NCBI GenBank assembly: GCA_963619035.1
Contig: CAVEUC010000006.1
Coordinates: 1-60,141 of the forward strand
Source of the DNA: Lachnospiraceae bacterium GAM79
GTDB lineage: Bacteria; Bacillota_I; Bacilli_A; RFN20; CAG-826
Length of the DNA stretch: 60,141 nucleotides
Direction: 5' to 3'
Part shown: positions 17,568 to 28,385 of the stretch, one piece after another
Position numbering within the stretch: the first letter of the stretch is position 1
Layout: each line of letters starts with the position of its first letter
The notes under the pieces: model-generated
The model's database searches: none
What the model saw: only the letters and a program-made list of their open reading frames with translations
What the model was told of the DNA's origin: nothing
Translations under genes and position numbers: made by a program

Positions 17568-20393
17568 ATGAATTTTTTGTTATTTATCTCTTCTTTATGT
17601 TTATTAAATAATTGCATGAATGCAAGTTTTAATGATAATAACTTTTCTAATTCATTAAAAAGAAATACAACAAAAGATATAAAGACCACCAACGTTGGAT
17701 ATTTATATGGTGAATTAGATTATAATTCTAAAAGTATTTATAATAGCTTGCAAAATCTATGTTCTAACGATGAATATTTATTTTCTACTAAAGGATATGA
17801 TTTAGTTAAAGAAGGTATAATTACACAAACTGAAGTTGATAACTATTTTGCAGGAAAAGATAATTTAGCAGATAGTTTTAATAAAGCTTTAGTTGCTTTT
17901 GAATATAGTAATCCAAATATTTTTTATCTAGATTATAACAATATTAATTTAGAATTATATAAAAATAGTGATGGTACAAATGTATGTTATGTTTCAAGTG
18001 ATTATTCAACTTTATTATTAGATAGTTATGTTGATAAGGATATATTAACTAATGCTAAAAATGAATATAGCAATTTAATAGAAGATTTTTATAATTTAAA
18101 TAAGGATTTAGATAATAAAACAATAATTAAAAATGCATATCAATACATAATTGATAATGTTGATTATACATATTTAAGCAGTGATACAATAAATTATGAT
18201 AATTCTTATTCTGCTCTTATAAACAAAAAAGCTAATTCAATAGGGTATTCAAAATTATTTAAAGCTTTATTAGATGAATTTGATATTTCTAGTATTATTG
18301 AATGTGGATATATTTATGAAGGTGATGAGATAATCGAACATTCCTGGAATTTAGTAAGATATGGATCTTATTGGTATTGTGTAGATACTTTTTTAGATGA
18401 TGTTAATCAATCTAGTGAAAAATATAAATATTTTATGGTTGATGGTTCTAGAGTTTTTGATGATCACAAAATAGATTATGGATATTATAAAGATGGAATT
18501 TCTTTTACTTTACCTGAAATATCGATGTATGATTTATCAGATTATTTAATTAACGATTCTAAATTTAAAGTTACCTCAAGAAAATTTGATTTATTTAAAT
18601 ATGTTTATGATATTTCCTATAATGGAAAAGGATATAGTCAAAATAGTCAGGAAAACATATATTTATTAGTTAAGGATATTGGCAATAATGGTACTGATGG
18701 ATGGTTTTATTTAGATGAATGTGATGGTATATGTGAAGACACAAAGGAATATATTTCTTATTATACCTATAGTAATCAAATTGAACTTGCCGCTACTAAT
18801 TTAGCTCCATTTATAAACGATGATAAAACTTTAAATAGAGAGTTTTATGGTGATGATAGTAATTTAATTGAGAATATTAAAATATATGCTAAAACAACAT
18901 ATAATCCTACAATTAATGCTCCTTTAATTTCTGATTCATTCCCTTCGAATAGAAATAGTTTAGATAAAAGTAGTGAATATAATCTTGAATTAGTTTTTAA
19001 CGAAAATCTTGTAATAGATGAGTCTAGTTTTATAAATGCTGAAATTTATGTTGATAGTGTTAAAAAAGAAACTATTAAATGTTCTTTTACTATAAATAAT
19101 AGTGACGCTAGAAAAATTGATATATCTTTTAAGCATGATATAGATTTAGATATAAGTAATGTCTCATTTGCTCTTGTGTTTGAAGGGATTGTAGGTGAAG
19201 AATCTGGAAAAACACCATTAAATGTTAACTATTTTATTTCTAGAAAAAAATTTAATGCGTATAAATTATCGAATAAAAGAATTTATAAAAAAATAGAAAA
19301 TCCAATAATTTATGAATCTTCACAAATCGATAATAGTGTTTTATTAACTAAAGAGAATAAACGTTTAGAGAACATTTCTAATTATAATAAGACACTTGTT
19401 TCAATTAAAAAAGATAAAGATGAGATAGAGGCTAAATTAAAAACTATTACTAATTTTGATACATCTTTAAACATTGAAGATTGTATTGATACGCAATTAT
19501 TTATTAATAAAAATGAGGTTGTTAAAAATTTAAACAATAAATTTAAGATAGGATTTCCATATGAAAATGATTCTACTAAGGATTATGTTGTATATTATTT
19601 AAACGAAGAAACAAATTCATTACAAGAGTTGGATAGTTTTGATGATTCTTTTGGCTTAATAGTTGCATCTAATCAGTTAGGAACATTTGTTTTATGTTCT
19701 AAAAATAAAGAAGAAAGCGAAAATAAAAAGGTGATTACTATTGTTGATAAATATGGTGTTACTTCATTAAAAGACATATTGATAATGAAAAAAGATGATG
19801 CGTATAGTTTAAATATTTCACCTTTTAGTGGATATGTTGTTGCTTTAATTTTGATTAATAATAAAGCTACTGAATTAAGCGATAAAGATAAAAACATTTT
19901 AAATTTATCATATGATTCTTTAAATTCTTTATCTTATATTGAAATCAAAATAGTAAGTGTAGATAAAAATACGAATATTAAAAATTTAAATTATAGTTTT
20001 GGCTATAGATATCCAAATAAACTTGATGTTTCACTAAATATTTCTTCATCTCCAACAATTGGTGATCCTTTAACTATAAATTGTTCGATTAAAGGAATAT
20101 ATAATAATATTGATTATTTATGGACTAAAGATAATGAAATAATTAGTACAAACGAAAATGTTGTTATTGAACAATTATCTATTAGTGATGAGGGAAATTA
20201 TTATTTAACGGTAACAAATTATTGTGAACACGGAAAAGAAGATAATGTTAGCTATATTAAAATTTATACATATAAAAAGGATAACTCTGGATTTTTAGTC
20301 GCAATAGTTATCCTTTCATCAATTATTGGCTTAATAATTTTTGGTGTTATTATCTCAATTTTGTTAAGAAGAAAAAGAAAAGATTTTGATTAA
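17568..20393 (+). CDS. Large surface protein with an N-terminal signal/TM, transglutaminase-like core, Ig-like domain and C-terminal TM anchor
   Basis: Start moved to MNFLLFISSLCLL, because the track ORF start overlaps the tRNA terminator. TGase-like segment NSIGYSKLF...EHSWNLVRYGSYWYCVD. Ig-like segment LTINCSIKG..YLWTKDN...LSISDEGNYYLTVTN. C-terminus FLVAIVILSSIIGLIIFGVIISILLRRKRK. Confidence 0.7.
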   Translation: MNFLLFISSLCLLNNCMNASFNDNNFSNSLKRNTTKDIKTTNVGYLYGELDYNSKSIYNSLQNLCSNDEYLFSTKGYDLVKEGIITQTEVDNYFAGKDNLADSFNKALVAFEYSNPNIFYLDYNNINLELYKNSDGTNVCYVSSDYSTLLLDSYVDKDILTNAKNEYSNLIEDFYNLNKDLDNKTIIKNAYQYIIDNVDYTYLSSDTINYDNSYSALINKKANSIGYSKLFKALLDEFDISSIIECGYIYEGDEIIEHSWNLVRYGSYWYCVDTFLDDVNQSSEKYKYFMVDGSRVFDDHKIDYGYYKDGISFTLPEISMYDLSDYLINDSKFKVTSRKFDLFKYVYDISYNGKGYSQNSQENIYLLVKDIGNNGTDGWFYLDECDGICEDTKEYISYYTYSNQIELAATNLAPFINDDKTLNREFYGDDSNLIENIKIYAKTTYNPTINAPLISDSFPSNRNSLDKSSEYNLELVFNENLVIDESSFINAEIYVDSVKKETIKCSFTINNSDARKIDISFKHDIDLDISNVSFALVFEGIVGEESGKTPLNVNYFISRKKFNAYKLSNKRIYKKIENPIIYESSQIDNSVLLTKENKRLENISNYNKTLVSIKKDKDEIEAKLKTITNFDTSLNIEDCIDTQLFINKNEVVKNLNNKFKIGFPYENDSTKDYVVYYLNEETNSLQELDSFDDSFGLIVASNQLGTFVLCSKNKEESENKKVITIVDKYGVTSLKDILIMKKDDAYSLNISPFSGYVVALILINNKATELSDKDKNILNLSYDSLNSLSYIEIKIVSVDKNTNIKNLNYSFGYRYPNKLDVSLNISSSPTIGDPLTINCSIKGIYNNIDYLWTKDNEIISTNENVVIEQLSISDEGNYYLTVTNYCEHGKEDNVSYIKIYTYKKDNSGFLVAIVILSSIIGLIIFGVIISILLRRKRKDFD

Positions 20394-20396
20394 TCT

Positions 20397-20705
20397 TTAT
20401 TTATTAAATGAAGATAAAACAGCATCTTTACTCATATAACCAGTAATGCGGTTTGTTTGTTCTCCTTTTTTGAAGAAGATCATTGTTGGAACAGCAGTAA
20501 TATAAAATTTAGCTGCTAATTCTTCAAATTTATCGACGTCGACTGAAACGACATCAATGTCGCTATGTTCACTTGCTAATTCTTCAAGCTCAGGTGCTAA
20601 CATCTTACAAGGTCCACACCATGTAGCAAAGAAATCAACAATAAGCTTTTCGCTTGTTGATACTAATTGATTAAATTCTTCTATACTTTCTAAGTGTCTA
20701 TACAT
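20397..20705 (-). CDS. trxA: Thioredoxin
   Basis: WCGPCK active site and a cis-Pro motif AVPT. 102 aa. Confidence 0.9.
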   Translation of the reverse strand: MYRHLESIEEFNQLVSTSEKLIVDFFATWCGPCKMLAPELEELASEHSDIDVVSVDVDKFEELAAKFYITAVPTMIFFKKGEQTNRITGYMSKDAVLSSFNK

Positions 20706-20706
20706 A

Positions 20707-21552
20707 TTAAAGTCCTCCTATTAAGAAAAATATTAATGCTATTATTCCAATATGAAGAGGATAATACAAGTAAAATGCTTTATTTAAATATTTGTTGTTA
20801 TATCCTCTCTTCCCATTATACATAAGAATAAAAGGAATTGATAAAACAAAATATGTATCAAATATTGGAGATAAGCCTAAAGAAAATGAGGATAAATTTA
20901 AATAAGTTAAAGCATAAAATATAGCTGAAACTATTAAAATTGATAAGGAAACCATAGCGTTTTTAGATAATTGATATTGTTTAGTTTCTTTAAAAGAATC
21001 TATTAAATCATCATTTAATTTCTTTTTTAATGAACGATTATATATCCAGTTAAATAAGCATATAAAAAAGAACATTAATGACGCTTCTAAAGCATACATT
21101 CCTGTTAATCCATCAAGGAGAACTGAATAATATAAATTATGAAAATTATTAGTTATAGATAATTGATAAACGTATGATAATGCAAAATAAATAATAGGAA
21201 AAACAATTAAAAATTTATAACCTTTTTTAGTTTCTACAAATATTAAATAATAAGATAAAACTAAGAAGAAAAGTGTTAAAAATATATTTTGAAAATACAT
21301 AGATTTATTAAATAGAAGTATTTGAGCTACAGCTGTAGCAACATACATTATTCCGCCCATAATTAATAATCTAATCATGTATTTCTTAATATTTTTGGTT
21401 TTAGTGCATCCTTCATAAAGTAAATAGATAAAAATAGGTAAAGCGATTTTTCCTATATATCTCATTATGTTATTGCCCATAAATAAACCAATATGATCAA
21501 CTGTCATACAGATTATGGCGATTATTTTTAATATAAAATTACTTATAAACAT
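20707..21552 (-). CDS. TraX family membrane protein
   Basis: N-terminal LKIIAIICMTVDHIG. Polytopic membrane protein. Confidence 0.65.
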   Translation of the reverse strand: MFISNFILKIIAIICMTVDHIGLFMGNNIMRYIGKIALPIFIYLLYEGCTKTKNIKKYMIRLLIMGGIMYVATAVAQILLFNKSMYFQNIFLTLFFLVLSYYLIFVETKKGYKFLIVFPIIYFALSYVYQLSITNNFHNLYYSVLLDGLTGMYALEASLMFFFICLFNWIYNRSLKKKLNDDLIDSFKETKQYQLSKNAMVSLSILIVSAIFYALTYLNLSSFSLGLSPIFDTYFVLSIPFILMYNGKRGYNNKYLNKAFYLYYPLHIGIIALIFFLIGGL

Positions 21553-22535
21553 TTAATAGCGAAATTAGATGCTATGAGAGTCATTAACATAGCGTATAAA
21601 TTATTAGTACAATGAGCGATTATAGATCCAGAAATACCTAATCTATCATAGGTATAACAAAGAATAACTCCAGCGACAATATAAGAAGGTAAATTTAAAA
21701 ATTCGTTGATAATTAAAGCTGAATTCCCGCTTCCTAAACATGTCCAATCGAAGTGAATTGCCCCAAATATTAATGCAGTAAAAACGTAAGCTACAACTCT
21801 ATTTAATCTTTTTAATAAGGAGAATAAACCTAAACGATAAGTGATCTCTTCACAAATTGGTCCAACAATACCAAATATAATAATTGAAGCAAAAGGATAA
21901 ACAGAAGCGATGCTTTCGATTGTAGATTCGTTATTATTTGTTGTAACGCTCGTTCCAGCACAATAACTAATGATAGAAATAATAACATTAACTAAATAGC
22001 TAATTAAAATTAAAGCAGCGCCATATCCGATTCCTGAACCCCATGTTTTAGAAATTTTAAAATCTTTTACGACGGTTGTAATATCATTAAATAAAACTAG
22101 AACCATAAGTCCAAATAAGAAAGAATAAAGAATAAAATTTAAATTTCCACTTGTGCTTGATTGTATAAGATAATAAGGATTTACAGATTTAATTACTAAT
22201 TGAACTAATAGGGAAATAAGAGTTAATCCTAAACTTCCCATTAAGAAAAAGAATATTTGTTTTGGAATTGAAAGAGTTACCACTCTACTTTCAAATTTAG
22301 TTAAACTAAATTTTTTTCTTTCCTCAACTACTTTTTCTTTTTTTAATGATTCATGTGATTCTTTATTATTTCCTAACATAGCGTCTAAATCATGAATATC
22401 ATATGATTTTTGTTCGTTTTCTTCGGTAGTTTTTTCTTCAACAATACTTCCTTGAACGTATCCACAATAAGGACATGTAGTAGAGTCATCATCGATTAAT
22501 AAACCACATTTTTCACATTTCTTTTTTTCTTTCAT
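21543..22535 (-). CDS. Zinc-ribbon plus CPBP (CAAX) family intramembrane metalloprotease
   Basis: N-terminal CEKCG...CPYCG. Motifs EEITYRLGLF, FGAIHF and HCTNN. Confidence 0.75.
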   Translation of the reverse strand: MKEKKKCEKCGLLIDDDSTTCPYCGYVQGSIVEEKTTEENEQKSYDIHDLDAMLGNNKESHESLKKEKVVEERKKFSLTKFESRVVTLSIPKQIFFFLMGSLGLTLISLLVQLVIKSVNPYYLIQSSTSGNLNFILYSFLFGLMVLVLFNDITTVVKDFKISKTWGSGIGYGAALILISYLVNVIISIISYCAGTSVTTNNNESTIESIASVYPFASIIIFGIVGPICEEITYRLGLFSLLKRLNRVVAYVFTALIFGAIHFDWTCLGSGNSALIINEFLNLPSYIVAGVILCYTYDRLGISGSIIAHCTNNLYAMLMTLIASNFAIKCL

Positions 22536-22578
22536 AAAAATTACCTTTTATTTATTATATAATAAATAACATAAAATT

Positions 22579-23196
22579 ATGAATAAATTATTTACTGTTG
22601 TTGAGAAAAGTTATAGTTCAATAGAAGTGATGAAGTCTACTTTTATATCATTTTTGTATCCTTTATCAAATGAAAACGAAGTAAATGATATATTAAAAGA
22701 ATTAAGAAACGAATATCCTAAAGCAAGACATATTTGTTACGCTTATATTTTTAATAATTCAATTAAATATTCTGATGATGGAGAACCTAGTGGTACTGCA
22801 GGAAAACCTTTATATAATTTATTATTAAATTGTAATTTAACTAATTGTATGATTTGTGTTGTTAGAATATTTGGTGGAGTTTTGTTAGGAAGTTCAAGAT
22901 TATTAAGAACATATGTTTCTTCTGCTAAAAGTGCAATTGATAAGGCAAAAACATATGAAATTAATGAAGAATATTTAATTGATGTTAGCGTCGAATTAAA
23001 AGATGTTAGTCTTATTAAAGGATATTTAAACAAAAATAAATATGAAATTAAGAATGTAATTTACGATGAGATTTCATCTATTGAATTTTATTCAAAAGAA
23101 GATGTATCTAGTAAGATAAAAGATTTGTTTTATGGTATTATTATTGATGTTAAATTGAATAAAGAAATTAGGTTAAAGGAGGTGGCTTATGAGTGA
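22579..23196 (+). CDS. YigZ/IMPACT family protein
   Basis: Motif ARHICYAY...DDGEPSGTAGKP. Confidence 0.8.
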   Translation: MNKLFTVVEKSYSSIEVMKSTFISFLYPLSNENEVNDILKELRNEYPKARHICYAYIFNNSIKYSDDGEPSGTAGKPLYNLLLNCNLTNCMICVVRIFGGVLLGSSRLLRTYVSSAKSAIDKAKTYEINEEYLIDVSVELKDVSLIKGYLNKNKYEIKNVIYDEISSIEFYSKEDVSSKIKDLFYGIIIDVKLNKEIRLKEVAYE

Positions 23197-24010
23197 TTGT
23201 AATCATGTATGTGAAGGCTGTGAAGTTGAAAATTGTGAGTCTAGAATTGAAAAATTAAAATTAAATGATAGTAGCTCTATTAAACATACTATAGCTGTAG
23301 TTAGTGGTAAGGGTGGTGTAGGAAAAAGTTTTGTTACATCATTAATCGCTTCAAAATTAAATAAATTAGGTTATAAAGTTGGTATATTAGATGGAGATAT
23401 AACTGGTCCGTCAATTCCTAAAAGCTTTAATATACACGAAGATGTTTATGGAGATGAAGATGGTCATATAGTTCCTGCTGAAACAAAAAGCGGAATTAAA
23501 ATTATTTCTAGTAATTTATTACTTCAAAATGAAGATGATCCTATTATTTGGAGAGGTGCACTAGTTACTGGATTATTAGGTCAATTCTATAAAGATGTAG
23601 TTTGGGGAAAAGACCTAGATTATTTAATGATTGATATGCCTCCAGGAACGAGCGATGTTACTTTAACTACTTTCCAATCTATTCCAATTGATGGAATTAT
23701 CATTGTTACTTCACCTCAAGATTTAGTTTCTTTAATTGTAACTAAAGCTATTAAGATGGCTAAGAAAATGAATATACCTATTTTAGGTATTGTTGAAAAT
23801 ATGGCGTATGTTGAATGCTCTCATTGTAATGAAAAAATCTACATTTACGGCAAGAGTAAAATTAAAGAATTTGCTAAATCTAAGAAGGTTAAATATTTAG
23901 CATCTTTACCAATTAAAGAGGGAAATAGTGCTCTAATTGATAATGGGGATGTAGAAAAAGTAGAGATTGAAGAGATTGAACCTGTTATAAAAGAAATAGA
24001 AAAATTATAG
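23189..24010 (+). CDS. Mrp/NBP35 (ApbC-like) Fe-S cluster carrier ATPase
   Basis: Cys-rich N-terminus CNHVCEGCEVENC, deviant Walker A VVSGKGGVGKS, and MIDMPPGTSD. Confidence 0.85.
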   Translation: MSDCNHVCEGCEVENCESRIEKLKLNDSSSIKHTIAVVSGKGGVGKSFVTSLIASKLNKLGYKVGILDGDITGPSIPKSFNIHEDVYGDEDGHIVPAETKSGIKIISSNLLLQNEDDPIIWRGALVTGLLGQFYKDVVWGKDLDYLMIDMPPGTSDVTLTTFQSIPIDGIIIVTSPQDLVSLIVTKAIKMAKKMNIPILGIVENMAYVECSHCNEKIYIYGKSKIKEFAKSKKVKYLASLPIKEGNSALIDNGDVEKVEIEEIEPVIKEIEKL

Positions 24011-24019
24011 GAGATAATT

Positions 24020-25288
24020 ATGATAAGTGTTGCTGAATTTAAAGAGAGAAGAAATAAATTATTTGAACATATACAAGATGATTCAATAGTTATTTTATTT
24101 AGTGGAGTTCCTAAAAAAAGAAGTGAAGATGAAGATTATGACTTTTTAGCTAATCGTAATTTTTATTATTTAACTAATATAGAACAAGAAAATTCAATTT
24201 TATTACTTGTTAAAACAGGTGGAATTTATAAAGAGTATTTATTTGTTAATGAAAATGATCCTGTTAAGGAAAAATGGTATGGTAAAAGACTTTCTTTAGA
24301 TGAAGCTAAAGAATTAAGTGGTGTTGAAAATATATTATATGTTGATTCTTTTAATTCTAGATTAAGTTTGGTTTTAGATGATAATGAAAACGCAACATCA
24401 TCTATAAACAATATTTATTTAGATTTTGATAGTGAACAAAAAATAGGCGATAGTCTATTTATTGAAAGTTATATCGAAGGTTTAAAAGCTAATTATTCTA
24501 ATAAAAATTTTATAAATGTATATACTTTAATAGCTAAATTAAGATTAGTTAAATCAAAACAAGAAATTGAAGAATTTAAAGAAGCAATTAGTAAAACTAA
24601 CCTTGGAATTAGAGCAATTATGAAAAATGTAAGACCTGGAATGCATGAATATCAAATGTCTAGTTTGTTTTATTATACAATTCAAGATTTTGATCATAGC
24701 GAATTAAGTTTTAATACAATTTGTGCATCTGGTGTTAATGCAACATGTTTACATTATCCTAATCCTAAAGGAATGATTAACGATAATGATTTATTACTTT
24801 TAGATTTAGGTTCTAAAAATAATGGATATTGTGCAGATATTAGTAGAACTTTACCAGTTAATGGAAAATTTAATGAACTACAAAGAAAGATATATAGCAT
24901 CGTATTAGAATGTAATAAGATGATTATTACTAAAGTTAAACCCGGTATTAGTTTAAAAGAATTAAATGGATATGCTAAAGATTTTTTAGCTGAAGAATGT
25001 TTAAAAGCAAAATTAATCAATTCTAAAGATGAAATTAGTAAATATTATTTCCACAGTGTTTCACATTATATTGGGCTTGATACTCATGATATTTGTATCG
25101 CTAGAGATGTACCATTAGAACCAGGAAATATAATTAGTGATGAACCCGGATTATATTTTAAAGAATATGGGATTGGCGTAAGAATTGAAGATGATATATT
25201 AGTTACTGAGGAAGGCAGTTATAACTTAAGTGGTAATATCATTAAAGAAATTAGCGATATTGAAAAAACGATGTTTTTTAGAAAATAG
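24020..25288 (+). CDS. pepP: Xaa-Pro aminopeptidase (M24B)
   Basis: Metal ligand motifs DLGSKNNGYCADISRT, HSVSHYIGLDTHD, EPGLY and GVRIEDDILVT. Confidence 0.85.
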   Translation: MISVAEFKERRNKLFEHIQDDSIVILFSGVPKKRSEDEDYDFLANRNFYYLTNIEQENSILLLVKTGGIYKEYLFVNENDPVKEKWYGKRLSLDEAKELSGVENILYVDSFNSRLSLVLDDNENATSSINNIYLDFDSEQKIGDSLFIESYIEGLKANYSNKNFINVYTLIAKLRLVKSKQEIEEFKEAISKTNLGIRAIMKNVRPGMHEYQMSSLFYYTIQDFDHSELSFNTICASGVNATCLHYPNPKGMINDNDLLLLDLGSKNNGYCADISRTLPVNGKFNELQRKIYSIVLECNKMIITKVKPGISLKELNGYAKDFLAEECLKAKLINSKDEISKYYFHSVSHYIGLDTHDICIARDVPLEPGNIISDEPGLYFKEYGIGVRIEDDILVTEEGSYNLSGNIIKEISDIEKTMFFRK

Positions 25289-25309
25289 TTGGGATTTAGT
25301 ATAGTTTTT

Positions 25310-26050
25310 ATGATTAAAAATATATTTTTTGATTTTAACGGAACGATTTTAAATGATACTGAATTATGTTTTGATATCGAATCTAAGATGTTAGCAAAAT
25401 ATAATTTAAAACAAGTTTCATTAGATTTTTATTTAGATAATTTCATGTTTCCTGTTAAAAAGTATTATGAACTTATCGGCTTTGATTTTAATAAATTAGA
25501 TTACCATCAAATTAGTGAAGAATTTATGAGTGAATATTTTTCTAGATACGAAAAAGAAACAAAGATTTATGATGGTGTAGAAGATTTATTTAAAAAACTT
25601 AAAGAAGATGGTTACTCATTATATGTTTTAAGTGCAACTGAAGAAAATTCATTAAAAAAACAATTAAAGTTTTTAGGTATTTTAAAATATTTTAATGATG
25701 TTATTGGAACTAAAGATAATCTTGCTAAAGGAAAGATAGAATTTGCAAAAGAGTTTATAAAACATAGTGAAATCGATGTATCTGAAACAGTTATGATCGG
25801 TGATACGTATCACGATTTCGAAGTTTCAAAAGAATTAAATATCGAGCCTCTTTTAATGACAACAGGACATAATAGCAGAAAACAATTAAGCAAAACAGGT
25901 GCACAATTATTTGATAATTATAATGATCTTTATAATTATATTAAAAAAATATGGTATCTTTTAGCTAAAGAATTTATTAATTTTTTTAAAGTTCTTTTTA
26001 TAGTTTTTTTCTTTATTAATAAAATTATACATAGTATAATTTTTTTATGA
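25310..26050 (+). CDS. HAD-superfamily hydrolase with a hydrophobic C-terminal tail
   Basis: Motif I FFDFNGT and motif IV GDTYHD. The track ORF begins at TTG 25289; ATG 25310 is preferred. Overlaps cls by 4 nt. Confidence 0.75.
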   Translation: MIKNIFFDFNGTILNDTELCFDIESKMLAKYNLKQVSLDFYLDNFMFPVKKYYELIGFDFNKLDYHQISEEFMSEYFSRYEKETKIYDGVEDLFKKLKEDGYSLYVLSATEENSLKKQLKFLGILKYFNDVIGTKDNLAKGKIEFAKEFIKHSEIDVSETVMIGDTYHDFEVSKELNIEPLLMTTGHNSRKQLSKTGAQLFDNYNDLYNYIKKIWYLLAKEFINFFKVLFIVFFFINKIIHSIIFL

Positions 26051-27648
26051 AAAAGAAGACTGAAACTGGTTTAAAAAAGAAGAAAACCTTCCCGATTAGA
26101 GTGGTATTTGCTGCTTTTTTCTTTTTTATTGAGGTTTTATGTTTAATCGCATTGGTTTATTTTGCAGTGACTTTACAGGTTTTATCATCTTTCTGGTGGA
26201 TACCTATAATAGTTTTATTTGTAATAGATTTTATTTTAAGTATTTTTATTTTAAATACAAAAGTTCAAGTTGATTTTAAATTATCTTGGTTGGTTGTTAT
26301 TATTATTTTACCTTTTGGTGGAGCTTTATTATATTTATTATTCGCAAACAAAATTACTACAAAAAAGAAAAAACAACTAAGATTTAACAAGATTAATAAG
26401 TATTTATTTAATGCAAAGAATGATGATAAAGATACATTAAATGAAATTAAAGAATTGAATCAAGATGTATATTCTATTTCTAATTACATTGATAATAATG
26501 CCTTTAACTCAGTTTATAAAAATACGGAAGTTAATTATTATCGATATGGACAACTTGGTTTTCCTCATATGCTCGAAGAATTGAAGAAAGCTAAAAAATT
26601 TATATTTTTAGAATATTTTATTATTGAAGATGGAGAGATGTTTAATTCTATTTATAAAATTTTAGTCGAAAAAGCTAAAGAAGGATTAGATGTTAGATTA
26701 ATTTATGATGATTTTGGTAGTGTGAAAGGTGTTAAAAGATTTTTTTATAAAAAAGCTACAAAAGATGGCATTAAATGTTTTGCATTTAATAAATTAAGAC
26801 CTGCTTTAGATATTAGACAAAATAGTAGAGATCATAGAAAAATTTTGATAATTGATGGAGTTAGAGGATTTACTGGTGGATGCAATTTAGCTGATGAATA
26901 TATCAATAAAGAAGAAAGATTTGGTGATTGGAGAGATAATATCGTCATGTTTAAAGGTGAAGCTGTAAATGGGTTGACTGCGTTATTTTTATCTTCTTGG
27001 TCTTTGATGTATAAAAAAGAAAAAGATTATAAAAGAGATATTTTTAAAAAATATTCATATTATCAAAATAAAGATTTATTAACTGAAAATATTAATCCAA
27101 GCGGATATGTTCAATTTATGGGGGAGCTTCCTTTCGATGGTGAAGATTGTGCGAAAACAATTATTTTAGAAATGATATTAAAAGCAAAAAAATCGATTAA
27201 GATTTCTACTCCATATTTGATTTTAGATAGCGATATAGTTAACGCTTTAACAGTTGCCGCTAAATCAGGAATCGATGTTAGTATTGTTACTCCTGGAATT
27301 CCTGATAAAAAGATGGTTTATTCAATGTCTAGAAGTTATTATTCAATATTATTGATTAGTGGAGTAAAAATATACGAATATACACCTGGATTTAATCATG
27401 CAAAAATCGTTTCTGTAGATCAAGAAATGGCTTTTACTGGAACTATTAATTTAGATTTTAGAAGCTTTTATTTACATTTTGAAAATGGTGTCTTTTTATA
27501 TAAAAATGATTGTCAAAAAGATATTGATGATGATTTAAACGATATGATTTCAAAAGGTAAAAGAATTAGAGAAAGCAAATATTTAAAAATTAATATATTT
27601 AGAAAGATTTGGTGGGGAATTTTACATATTATTGCCCCTTTAATATAA
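26047..27648 (+). CDS. cls: Cardiolipin synthase
   Basis: N-terminal TM helices and two HKD motifs (DHRKILIIDG, NHAKIVSVD). Confidence 0.9.
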   Translation: MKKKTETGLKKKKTFPIRVVFAAFFFFIEVLCLIALVYFAVTLQVLSSFWWIPIIVLFVIDFILSIFILNTKVQVDFKLSWLVVIIILPFGGALLYLLFANKITTKKKKQLRFNKINKYLFNAKNDDKDTLNEIKELNQDVYSISNYIDNNAFNSVYKNTEVNYYRYGQLGFPHMLEELKKAKKFIFLEYFIIEDGEMFNSIYKILVEKAKEGLDVRLIYDDFGSVKGVKRFFYKKATKDGIKCFAFNKLRPALDIRQNSRDHRKILIIDGVRGFTGGCNLADEYINKEERFGDWRDNIVMFKGEAVNGLTALFLSSWSLMYKKEKDYKRDIFKKYSYYQNKDLLTENINPSGYVQFMGELPFDGEDCAKTIILEMILKAKKSIKISTPYLILDSDIVNALTVAAKSGIDVSIVTPGIPDKKMVYSMSRSYYSILLISGVKIYEYTPGFNHAKIVSVDQEMAFTGTINLDFRSFYLHFENGVFLYKNDCQKDIDDDLNDMISKGKRIRESKYLKINIFRKIWWGILHIIAPLI

Positions 27649-27660
27649 AGGAGATTATTT

Positions 27661-28383
27661 ATGAAAGATGAAGAATACGAAATAGTTTGTAAAGATTTAT
27701 GTAAAATTTACGGAAATAAAAAGAAGAATGAAGTTGAAATTTTAGCCTTAAAAAACGCATCATTTTCTATTAAAAAAGGTGAATTAGTTGTAATTTTAGG
27801 ACCATCTGGAGCTGGTAAATCTACATTATTAAATATATTAGGTGGAATGGATAAAGCAACTAGTGGATCTTATTTATTAAACGGAAAAGACATTACTAAA
27901 ATGAAAGAAAAAGAATTGGCTGATTATAGAAGATATGATGTCGGCTTTGTTTTTCAATTTTATAATTTAATGCCTTCTTTAAATGCTTATGAAAATGTTT
28001 ATTTAGCTTCAAGTTTAGTAGATAAACATTTTGATGCACACGAAATTTTAAATTTAACAGGACTTTCTGGAAGAGAAAAAAATTTCCCAAGTCAATTAAG
28101 TGGAGGAGAACAACAAAGAGTTGCAATAGCAAGAGCTTTAGTTAAAAATCCTACATTGCTTCTTTGCGATGAACCTACAGGGGCTTTAGATAGTAAAACT
28201 GGTGCTCAAATAATGGAATTATTATATAGAGTTTGTAGAGAACAAAAAAAGACTGTTATCATCGTTACTCATAATAAAGCAATAAGTGTAATTGCTGATA
28301 GAATAATTAAAGTAAGCGATGGGCAAATAGTATCTAATGAAGTTGTTAAAAATCCTAAGAAAGCGAGTGAAATCGAGTTTTAA
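27661..28383 (+). CDS. ABC transporter ATP-binding protein (MacB/LolD-like)
   Basis: [24 protein letters not shown] and [12 protein letters not shown]. Confidence 0.9.
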   Translation: MKDEEYEIVCKDLCKIYGNKKKNEVEILALKNASFSIKKGELVVILGPSGAGKSTLLNILGGMDKATSGSYLLNGKDITKMKEKELADYRRYDVGFVFQFYNLMPSLNAYENVYLASSLVDKHFDAHEILNLTGLSGREKNFPSQLSGGEQQRVAIARALVKNPTLLLCDEPTGALDSKTGAQIMELLYRVCREQKKTVIIVTHNKAISVIADRIIKVSDGQIVSNEVVKNPKKASEIEF

Positions 28384-28385
28384 TT

